Shown here: positions 1-11,777 of the stretch, piece by piece
How the letters are laid out: each line of letters begins with the position of its first letter
How positions within the stretch are numbered: the first letter of the stretch is position 1
Assembly (NCBI GenBank): GCA_051362555.1
Contig: CM120642.1
Location: forward strand, 31,186,001-31,250,000
Length of the DNA: 64,000 bases
Direction: 5' to 3'
Source: Lingula anatina
Lineage: Eukaryota; Animalia; Brachiopoda
Program-made: the position numbers and the translations under genes
Notes under the pieces: generated by a model
Database searches by the model: none
Told to the model about the DNA's origin: nothing
Seen by the model: the letters and a program-made list of their open reading frames with translations, nothing else

Positions 1-199
1 AAAAAGGTAACTCATGTCTGTGGCTTTATTTTTAACAAATGTGATTAGGTATTTGCTTGTTATTTTGTGTTTTATGGATAAATGATTGATTTAAAATAGT
101 TTTTTTTTTATTCCTTTGATATTAAGATTTTAATTTTTAAAAACCATTACATTTTGATAAATATTGAAAGAAAGAATGTAGGGTGTATTATTCTTTCAG

Positions 200-1259
200 T
201 AAAAGAAGAGGCATCGGGCAACATGTCTGACTCCCAGGGCAGTACCAGGTCCATGCCACAACTCAGCCCAGTTATCAAGGTGGAGCCAGGAGTGCAAGAT
301 GAGCCTAACTCTGGAGGAAATGAACAATATACAACTGACATGAACAATACTCCCAATTCATCATACTACACCAGTAATAAGATATCAAGTGAAAACGGTA
401 CTCCATCTGGGGGAGACTCCTCAGCCTTACCCACAATCCCCAGCGCCATGACAGCTAGTCAGGCACCAGAGGGTGGCGCCACCGTCAAGACACCAAGCTC
501 AAGTGGCGGCTCTCTCCCTGGGAGTCCCACACGTCCAGTAGGGGCGGAGACGCTGTCCCAGATGCTGTCCCGCCCTCCAGCTCAGACCCAGCCACTCCTC
601 TCTCCCAAGCCTGCCACGCCCCACATCCCCAGGGTGGTCCCCTCAGGGGATGAGAGCCCCAAGGACAGTATTCATCTGACCACTAAACAGCAGACCATTC
701 TGCCTGAGAGGTGGACAGTGTTTGATGTTTGCCAGTTTTTAAGGATAAATGACTGTGGAGCTTATTGTGATAGCTTCAGTAGAAAGGTAAATTTGTGAAG
801 TCTTTAACAAGAGGAATTTTGTTCAGAAAAATCTGCAGAATTACCTTGAATTATATCTGTGCACAGCTGAAAAAGTAATCTGTAACAAATTCATATTTGT
901 TAAGTGATTCTTAATTCTTAATTCAATTTTGCATCAGTATGCTAATTTTTGGAAAGAATGAAAATATCCTTTACCTGAATGACAGTGTGATACAGTTTCA
1001 AACTTTTAAGGACATGAACTTCAATGTATAATTCATATTTTACCACTAAAACACTAAAAGAAATATCATAACTGATATCAAAATATTCCTTTTATTTCTT
1101 TCCACGTAGAACATAGATGGGAGAAAGTTTACCACTCTAACCAAAGAGCAGATTGTGAATCTAACTGGTATGAAAGTGGGGCCTTCCCTGAAGATCTACG
1201 ACCTGATCCAGCAGCTTAAAATGAGAATTCTGCAGCAAACCCAAGAACCTTCTTCATGA
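200..1259 (+). CDS. Sfmbt: 3' end of an Sfmbt-like (MBT-repeat/SAM) Polycomb group gene; 5'-partial, last two coding exons
   Basis: Seen: exons 200-786 (ttctttcag|...AGAAAG|gtaaat) and 1110-1259 (ccacgtag|AACATA...TGA). They join to give a Ser/Pro/Thr-rich linker followed by PERWTVFDVCQFLRINDCGAYCDSFSRKNIDGRKFTTLTKEQIVNLTGMKVGPSLKIYDLIQQLK. Knowledge: this is an SPM-type SAM domain closely resembling the recalled Drosophila Sfmbt C-terminus (W..YDVSQFLRVNDC..CDTFSR..IDGK...GMKVGPALKI). The MBT repeats would lie upstream of the window. Confidence 0.85.
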
Positions 1260-3516
1260 AACCAGCAAAAGAAATGGAGTAAGAAACTGCACACAGATAC
1301 TCATAAATGGGGGTATTTGCTGGAGTTGGCTATGTAGCTGACAACTTGAGAGGCTGGAGCAAGATGGCAACCTCCGTTAGACATTAACGAAGCTGTCATG
1401 GACAACATTAAGTCACAGTAACAGCAGACACCACAGGAAGCCAAAATAACAGCTCAGTGAAGTATAATGGACACATTCTGGGATGATCTGTGCATAGAGT
1501 GACTGAACTGGAGTTGGAAAGTGTGAATTTTGAAGTTATGTGACTTGTTTTTGTAAAAACTGGAGTGACTAGCCAACAATGATTGACGGTGACAAGGGAT
1601 AGCCCAGCAGTGAAAAGAAGCGTGTTGTCATGGGGAAGCTTTTTTTTACTGGGAGACTAATAAAACATCTGGACAGTTGTGTGTGTTATCCATGCTACTG
1701 TTTGGATTGCTGGTTAGTTTGGTGACTTGTACATGTGCCTTAAGGAGACAAGATGGCTAGTTTATAAGATGGGGGGAAAAGTAAGAAGGTGGCAACAACG
1801 GGTTAGGCTAACATTTGCACATAATATTTTCCCTGAAGCGGAATTTTTTTTTTCATTAAAAGAGAAGTTTTTGATTTATTTCACAATTTTATTTTTGTTT
1901 GGTGAAATATTTTTTCTTACCAAAGCAGAGAACAAGACAGTTTGACTGAAATCATGGAATGTAATTCTCTGAAGAGATAGTTGGTCTCTGTTTTGCTGTA
2001 GAAACCAGAAGTTACTGTGGAAGAAGTTGTCAGTTGTGAGACTTTGTGATATGAAGGCAGTGAAGTGGACTGGATCTCATTCACCTATGACGTTACTCCA
2101 ATGTGCTTTCTATTTACGCAAGCCATTGGAGGTTGGGTTCATACAACTGTTTATAAGTACATACTACCGTAGTATTTGTATAATAGTACCAATCATATCT
2201 GAGTAGGGTATGAAATGGATTAGTTTAGATAATTACAGAGAGCAGGGCTCTGGTTTTAAAAGAGATGACATCATATGCCGATCAGAACATTTGCTCACTA
2301 CAGTAGGGCCATTCCACCACATTACCCTCCTCCGTAACTTCCTTTTCTCACAGTTAAACTGTGTCACTTCAACAACTCATATATCCCAAAATAACTAAGC
2401 GGCGGTCGCTTTTGTTTATTAATTTATTTTGTTGTTTGAGGATTATTGAGGGAAAAATCCACGGGGGGGGGGGGGGGGGGTAATCTCTGGGATGGTCCAA
2501 TAACAGGCATTGATCGTTGAAGGTTTGGAGAGAACAAATCTTACAAGAGAGAAAGAAAATGCCACCAGAACGGTTATTTCAATAATGTAAAGACGCGATG
2601 GAAAACACTTTTTGTAAGTAATTGATATTCAGATGTTTTAACATAATTAGGGGAAATGTTGACTTATTGCTACTTTGTAATAAGACGAGTCATTATTGGT
2701 GCCAACGGAGGGTTTCGTACTTGGTAGTTAAAGTTTATTATAATATCTGTTACAGTTCATACATGTAGATATCAACTTAACGTGTTAATACAGCCCATTA
2801 AAGCTGAAAATATACTGATCTTTAACAGAAAGTCTTTGTTGTTATGTTAAAATGAAATCAATGGCACGCACTGTTGATTTTTCAAGTGTTTTGAAATTTG
2901 TGTTGTTTTTGCCTTGGAAAACGGTTCTTCCGTGGGATCTGCACTTCGTTTTATAGCATGCATATTTTTTTTCGACGTTCCTCACGTAATTTTTGTGCCT
3001 TTTATCCTAATATAAATTTGACTATTCACACAAACACCTAAACACAACTGTGGAGTTCCATGTTTTTTCTTAATCTGGACTGAAAATATAACAAACGGTT
3101 CGTGGATACGACGATGTGATTATGTAAAACATTTAACCACTTGTAAAATATTTGAGAAAGAAATAAAATGTGTTTTTGAATTATTGTAGTAAATTGCCCA
3201 GCATGTATTACACCCGGAGCACGTTTGAAATCGTCTCGTTGACAATCTCACAGTATTCGTCGTAAAACGGATCAGATTTGGGCTTTTAATCGCTCCCTGT
3301 TTTGTACAGACAACGTGTTTTTTTTTTTCAGTAAAATTATAATATATGCAATACAGATAACACCTTGAGAGGAAAACCAATAGGTCCTTACTGACTGACC
3401 TGGTTTTCGATCGCTGTTGCTACCCAACGCAAAACGGCGTCCTCTTTAACATTGCCATGCGCAGTTGTTGTTTTTTTTTTTTCGCCCAGGGTATGATTTA
3501 CCTTGGTTAGGTGAAG

Positions 3517-6500
3517 ATGCGCTGGTTGAACACAGTTCTGATCGTTCTCTTGGTCTCTTTACAGGGACCCGAGGGCGTCCAAGGGCAATGTAAGTTAACG
3601 GTTTTTAAGCTCAATTTTAGGGAATTCAGAAGTTTAGGGTACCTTCAGACCATCTTTAAATAGAAGGACAGTTTGCGTTAAACTAGGCATGTGAGTGAGA
3701 CTCGGACTCCCACAGTGAACAACGAGAACATATAAATGTGCTTATTTTCCCCCACCCCACTATGTTTGGGAAATTAGACTTTAATTTCGTGTTTATTCAT
3801 AACTTTTTGACTATTGTTTTAGACCCGTTGATTGAAGATAATATTTCTAAGATTCTATGCCAGCTTTTCCACAAAATTTTGGCAGTTCCTCACTGTTCCT
3901 ATTCTAAGGTTGACACAATATCCTCCGGTCTGGTCGTCTGTAACATTTTATTACGCGAAACAAAACTTTTCAAAAAGTAGGATTAGTGAATTTGTTCTAT
4001 TGGTATATCTTAATATAATTTCCGTAAGAAGGGATTTGGGGAAATTGGGGAATACGTATATTGCAATTGCAGACCAGGCGATCCTATAAAAATCGTACAC
4101 AAACATCGCGAAGTTCTCTTTACGAGGTCTAAAAGAATTACCTTTGGGGGAAAACTTCAGACATTTTTGGGAAACCATTCAGTGAAAATAGTGTTTGGAA
4201 TTGGAGAAAAGTGCTTCACACGACCACTTTCGTTTTGATGCGGAAAATCAGTCCTGTTAAAAAGGAGTGTTTGTTTAATCAATTGCCCGTAGCTCAAACC
4301 AATACTACGAGCTGAGATCGTCACTGTTATTGTTGAAAAACATTTCATGCAATCTTTGAATAATTAATAGAGCAAAGAAATTAATCAGTTTTGAAATACA
4401 TACAAAGTTACATCAATAGTGTTTTCAAACAATGCCGTAGAGGCCACTATAACGATTGTAGCCGCATTCCTTTACGAAAGTAGCTCGTTTACACTCTGAA
4501 ATATTGGAGTTTTGCTATTGTTTAAAAAACTACGATTGCTATTTTCTATCAATCATTAATCTTTTGTCAACAATCATAACATGACTAATCAATTTTAGTC
4601 TTTGTCAAGGCAAATCTAAAGTAATATCGATGACATTGCAGAGTTTTCTTTAATCCTCGTCAATATCGATATCATAACAATCGTTTTGACAATTATTCCA
4701 TGGCTCGTGGATTGCGTCGTTAATAAATTATAAAACTCCGAAGACTAAAAATGTTACGGTGTTGTGTGATGAATGTTAGATGTTCAAAGACAAATCTAAA
4801 TTTTGAAAAAAAGTTGAAATATGTTGGTCTGATGTTATGAGTTTTTGATAGCATTTCTTTTAAATGACCAGTAATTCATTTCACGACGCTCTCGCTCGCC
4901 GAAAATACCGTTTACCGAAGCTTTTACTTTTGTACCCTCTACCAGGGCCGCAGATAAATCATGTGCACATTTCTCCAATGCACTTTTCCGTTGTGGGAGA
5001 GATTTGTGTCATGAATTAGCCAGAGACATATCTATGAATATCCAGCGAAAAAACAATCTGTGCCCCTTGTATTGGGTAAAGTATTTGCTACTTCTCTCGC
5101 TGGCTGGTATTTCGCCATTTCTTTTATATCTTGAGAACGGTCTTTCATTTTCGAAATTTGTGTAGCAAACGACCGGTTTACTCGAGAGAACTTTGTCATA
5201 TAGGACGTCCAACATTTTTTAATGAAATTGCAAACTCGCAATTATACACTGTAAAAACAGTGTTTAGCACTTAAACACATTTCTAAGCGCCTGTTTTGTC
5301 TCATTTTTTCGACGCGTTTAGCCCCTAAGCACGATAAGCTCCCTAACATGTTACACGCTTTGACGCTTTTTACGCCTATTAAATGTAGGGTGTATTTGCT
5401 TAACTTTTAGATGGTAAGGGTTTCAGCTGTTTTAGTCATACACACGCGCTCGGACACGCACACACTCACACACACTCGAAGTCACGGTCACCTTTAACTG
5501 TTATAGCTATCTATATCTATAATACATGTATAACAGGGTACCGTGAACTGTCAACATCGTTGACTTCACTCGATCACCTTTACAGCGGGACTTATTCATC
5601 CTTGTGGTAGCTGATCTTGCGAGGAAGCTTATTTGAATATATTTCTGAAAGTCAAGTTAGGAAAATTCACTAGTTTACTAAAGACAAGAAACAGCTATCA
5701 CTTTTACTTTAAAACAGTTTTTTTCATATTTTGATTAAATGCGTTACAGTATTGGTATCTATATATTTTTTCCGGAAGTAATGAACAATAGAACATCAGG
5801 ATGATGGTTGGGTATTCACTATAATGATTCATTTAAGCTTTCATCGCATGCTGGTTATTTTGGTAACCATAGTCCGAATATTTAACAAATCTCACCACTC
5901 TAGTCGCCTACTTACCCCAAGCTCAATTTGGAATTAACCGCTAAATGTAGTTCATACAGCTCTAAGATCTAATAAATGGATATATAAGATCTTAGTACAG
6001 CACAAGATGTGTTTTGGTTATTTATAAAAAAGGTTTTCAAAACATTAAATAATGTTTTTCCAGAATGTTATAAAACGCTTATAAAACCGCAGGGGCATCA
6101 TTTTGCATGGAGTTAAAAACACCCATAACGTTACCATAACGTTATTCTATACCATCACCATCATGTAACCAGCTGGTAACGTCGTGAGTTTGTTATTTGG
6201 ATTATTATTTAATAGGCCTATTTTAAATGATCACACGTTACTGCAAGGAAGGACACAACGCGTTCGAGCAGGCTGCTCCACGCCTCCAACAGCTCCATAC
6301 GTTTACAAGGGGAAGGGTTAGGCCAAATTGTTGAGTCTTGTAATAAACTTGTTATGGGATCGTATACCGGTGAAGCATTTTTTTTTTTTTTTTTTTTTTT
6401 TTTTGTGACAAGCTTGAAAAGCTAAACGTGTTGTTCAGCAGCTCCACGCGCTTAGGAATTCCACACCTATAGCAGCTCCATATGTTTAGCAGCCTCACGC

Positions 6501-9500
6501 GCTTAGCAGGGGAGGTGCTTAGACAATGTGCTTAGCTTTCGATAGACTTATTGTAGAAACATAAAGCGATGAAGCTAAACACATAGCTAAACGCGTAACA
6601 CTGCCAACGCGTCTTGATTTTTCTTCTGTGAGACGCTTGAAAAGCTATACGTGCTTAGCTTTTACGCATATTTCTAAATGCGTATAGGTGCCTAACGTGT
6701 GTTGTATGTATTAAATGCTAAACACTGTTTTTACAGTGTACAGGTCCATATTTATGCAAAGTCCTGATCAAATGGACCAGAACTCCGAAAGAAATATGCG
6801 AGAACAAAATTAAGTATGCAAAAAATCATAATTTACATTTAAAAAAAGAATAACAATAATAGGCTATTATATACTGTTTCTCATTACAGCCGACGGAGAC
6901 ATTCGCCTTAAAGACGGAGGCACGCAATACCAAGGCCGCGTTGAGATCTACCATAATGGGGAGTGGCGGAGGGTATGTGAGGAGGGGTGGGGACTTAATG
7001 ACGCTAAAGTCGCATGCAGACAGCTTGGCTACAAGGGCGCCCATACTGGTCAGTATGACATAATTTAAAATGGTTTATTTTTTATTTCTTCGAAAGATAT
7101 ATGCTGCTGAAGAACAATATTTAAATACATAATTAGTCTTTGCTTCCGTCGGTAGTTGGAAAATAACTATTGCTCCAGTCGGAAGATGCTAAAAAACAAT
7201 GAGCTACAGCTAGTATTTTGATATACAAGGGAAATTAATTTATAATATCTGTAAATGCCATTTTGTGATCAAATTGATTGTTAAACTTTCTCTACTTCTA
7301 TGTTAAAACGGAGCTTCGTTGTATAAATCCTTTTTTGATATACCTACAGCGTATATCGACTATAAACCCCGAGGCACTGGACCCTTTTGGGTGTCTAATC
7401 TGAACTGCGCCGGTACTGAGGACCGCTTGGCTCAGTGTTCGTCCCTAGGTTGGGGCACTATCAGCTATAACTGCGGCACCGGACACTACGACGATGCTGG
7501 GGTCATCTGTAAAGCACGTATGTGGTAAACTTTTGAAGGAAAATAAACTATAACCATGTTTATAATGTACATGTATATCTGTGAGATTTAATTTTTTTTT
7601 TCAAATATGTATTTCAGATAAATCACTATAAGAGGAACTATTTTATTTTTACTTTTTTTGATATGTGAAAAACAATTTTCAAGGTTTTGTTTATTAGACT
7701 TCTCTTCCACGTAGCTGGCGATGGTGCCGTTCGCCTGGTGAACACAACTAGCCCCTACGCAGGCCGTGTTGAGGTATTCTATGCCGGGGAATGGGGACGT
7801 GTTTGTGAATACAACTGGTATTTCAATGATGCCAATGTGATTTGTAGGCAGCTTGGATTTGGTGGGGCTCATACGTCATTTCATTCCTGGAACCCCAGAG
7901 GCACCGGTAAGTGTGAATGCCACAAGGCTGTCTATATCATCAATATCTGGACTGGAACCCGGGTCGATGGGGTTTGGGGAGGGTTGGGAGTACCGTCCGT
8001 ATGATTTCTCCTACGCCTGCCTCCGCACAGACGCTGCACGAAGGAGATTTTCTGGCAGTATAACTTTAAGAGCGCCGTATAGAAATTGCTTGGCAATCAT
8101 AATCTAGGTTTATATATATATATATATATATATAAACGATGTCAAGTCATCGTTTGGAGCTCATGCTACGGTTGGTGTTACTAGTGTTCTGGTACTGCAT
8201 GGCGTGAAAACGACCTATGTTTCCACCAACTGTTTCGTGTGTAATTCACATGCTTTTCTAATTCAGGTAAATATTGGATATATAATTTAAACTGTGGAGG
8301 AACAGAATCCAATATAACCCAGTGTACTCACGCTGGAGTTGGCCTCGTACATTCAGGTTATTGCAGACAAAACGGCTACGACGACGCCGGAGTAATATGC
8401 CACGGAGGTGAGAGATTAAGCAAGTGACTTTTTTCTCAACATTTTAGCAACTGAAATTTCGTCACTGCAATATACCCAATCCAAAACGTCATAGAAATTT
8501 ATCCCTTTTCTACCCTTTTTCGAGTTCTTAAGTTGTTATCTTCACTGTTTTGGGTGAAATTTTTTTGTCTGTCTCCATTTTGAAAGTGGCTAAAGCGCCT
8601 GAATCTCTGATCCAGTTAGAATCCAGGTTTTCTTATATTGATTGAACCTGTTTCTCTACAGAGTAGTTTGTTGTAGTAGGCTCAATAATTATCCCATCAT
8701 CTAAACCTGAGTCACAGATGTGATAAAGTCAGCATAGACCAGTCAACAAGTGCAGGTGTACTTGTTAGACGCGATTCCACACAGGTTTAACTTTCAATGA
8801 TCACCAAAGTAAGAGCCGCGCTCTTCTTCTCCAGAACGGTAGCCATTATAAACATCAACATATACCTCCTTCAAATTTGCTTCAAATTTTCTTTTTCTTG
8901 GATATATGGAAAACAATTTTCAAGGCTTCTTCTCTATTACGTAGCTGGCGATGGTGCCGTTCGCCTAGTGAACACCACTAGCCCCTACGAAGGCCGTGTT
9001 GAGGTGTACTATGCCGGAGAGTGGGGTCGTGTGTGTGAATACAACTGGGGCTTCAATGATGCCAAGGTGGTTTGTAGGCAGCTTGGATTTAGTGGTGCTC
9101 ATACGTATTTTCGTTCCTGGAACCCCAGAGGCACCGGTAAGTGTGAATGCCACAAGTCTGTCTATATCATCAATATATGGAACCCGGGTCGATTTTGGGG
9201 ATTTTTGGGGTTACCGTCCATATGATTTCTCCTACGCCTGCCTCCGCACAGACGCTGCACGAAAGAGATTTTCTGGCAGTATAACTTTAAGAGCGCTGTA
9301 TGGAAATTGCTTGGCAATCATGATCTAGGTTTATATATATATATATATAAAAGATGTCAATTCATCGTTTGGAGCTCATGCCAAATGTAATCTACGCTTG
9401 GTATTACTAGTATACTGGTACTGCATGACGCGAAAACGACCTATGTTTCCACCAACAGTTTCGTGTGTAATTCACATCTTTTATAATTCAGGTAAATATT

Positions 9501-10787
9501 GGATCTATAACTTAAACTGTGGAGGAACAGAATCCAATATAACCCAGTGTACTCACGGTAGAGTTGGCATCGTAAATTCAGTTTATTGCAGACAAGACAA
9601 CTACGACGACGCCGGAGTAATATGCCACGGAGGTGAGAGATTAAGCAAATAACTTTTTTCTTAAAAATTTAGCAGCCGAAACTTCATCACCGCAATATAC
9701 CCAATCCAAAGCGTTAAAGAAATTTATCCCTTTTCTATCCGTTTTCGAGTTACTAAGTTGTTATCTTCTTCGTTTTGAGTTAAATTTTCTTGTCTGTCTC
9801 CATGTCAAGAGTGGCCAAAGCGCCTGAATCTCTAAATATGATTTTTCAGTCTGATCCAGTTAGAATCGAATTTTCTAATTTTGTTTGAACCCGTTTCCGT
9901 ACATAGTACTTGACTGTAGTAGCCTCAATAATTATCCCATCACCTAAACCTTAGTCACTGATGTGATCAAGTCAACATAGAACAGCAATCAAGCACAGAT
10001 GTTATACGGTTACTCACAAAATTAAGTTTCTATTATTCCCAATAAGGCAGCCATTATAAACATCAATTATCTCCTTCACTCCCCCCCCCCCTCCTCCTCC
10101 CACATCGCTCAATGCAGAAAGAAAGAAAGGCAATATGGGAACACCTACCATAAAACTATACATGCAAAAGGTCAATTGAGTTTATCAAAGTAGTTTCACG
10201 TTGGTATAATATGCGGCATTAATAAATAAAATTATCTTTTCAAAATAGTTCTTTTGGCGGGTTTTGCTTTTTAAAAACATTGTGCACCGTTATATCGGCA
10301 GAAATTTGACACATTAATTTATGACATTTTCATATAGACACTTCATGAGCGTGGGATCATGCGATTGTTTGATACAATTTTTTTATCTTTCAGACGGTGA
10401 CGGTGCCCTGCGTCTCATTAACACGTCAAATGCGTACGAAGGCCGCTTGGAAATCTTCTATTCCGGGAGATGGGGGAGGGTTTGTGAGTACGGCTGGGAC
10501 TGGACTAGTGCCAATGTTGCGTGCAAACAGCTTGGTTTCACCGGAGCCCATACACGATTATTTAATGTGTCACCGCGGGGGACAGGTGAGTATTCAAATT
10601 TTATATGGAATATCTTACGTGGACGTTTTAAATGTGAATAAAACCCTTTTGTTTGCTTGCTTGTTTGTTTCTAAAGCAATAAACACTGATATTTGGACTG
10701 AAAGATATCAGGTTTTGTAAAAAATGTATAATATGCGGCCTATATGCATCCTTGAAGAATTTTTATTAAATGTACTTTATTTTGTCG

Positions 10788-10819
<32 letters not shown>

Positions 10820-11732
10820 TTATAGTGAGCTGTCTAGACTACCGGTAGAGGTCAAGTGCCTCACGGTCCTTAAGAGTTCATTTTTGTGTTTATATTCTTC
10901 ATTGGTGACTTCGTGTTTAAACCGTTGTTTAACAGTACACACAAAGATCGACTGATGGCGGGAACAATTGTGCTATTCCGATAGGTTGTACATGATAAAA
11001 ACAGTTGGAAGAGACCACAGGTAACGTTTTTTTTCTCGAACACCAGGTGGATACTGGATACAGAATTTGAATTGTCATGGATCTGAGGCGTCCCTGGCGG
11101 ATTGCTCTCATGACGGCGTTGGTCGTGTCAGCTCAACTTATTGTTCCCGGACTTCGTCAGATGACGCCGGCGTTCTCTGTATAGGGCGTGAGTAGATAGA
11201 TCTCCATCTGTTGAATCGGTGTGACAGGAATGGTAGTCCGCTGGGAACCGTAGTACGTTCCGCCTTACTTTGTACAGTGACTTTCGTCCAATATACTAAC
11301 CCCAATACTCTGTGACTAACCCTTACCTGTAGGCTACAAATCATATTGGACTCTGACCTTCCATTTCTAGGACTACCATTCCTGTCATACCGGTCCCTCC
11401 CATCTCACAAATGTCTACATTATCTTGCTGTCGGCCGTGATACCTTGGACTTGCCCACTAATATTTTGGGGGTATCGTGTAAACCAGCAAAAAAAGTTTG
11501 ACTTAATATTAGCAGTAAGGTAAATCTGTTGGCAATAAACTAGACACATGGCCATTTGTGGAACAAGAACCAACGGGGTTTGGGGGCGGGGGAGCGTTTT
11601 GGGGGAAAGGAGTGGCGCATCTTAATTTCCTGCGTACATTTCTGTATTGTTTTGCTTCTATTTTACATGAATTGGACTGATGTACGTAATCTTTATCTAT
11701 AGCTCTATTAGTAAGTCATTATGAGGCTTATT

Positions 11733-11777
<45 letters not shown>

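Noticed and set aside
154-798. Track ORF 154-798 as a standalone 214-aa protein
   Set aside because: Its first 15 and last 3 codons are intronic; it is an internal exon (200-786) of the Sfmbt-like gene.
2463-2480. Poly-G/poly-C tracts (also ~18941, 40317, 47428, 62889) as functional G-quadruplexes
   Set aside because: They are simple homopolymers, mostly linked to MITEs, with unreliable length and no evidence of function.
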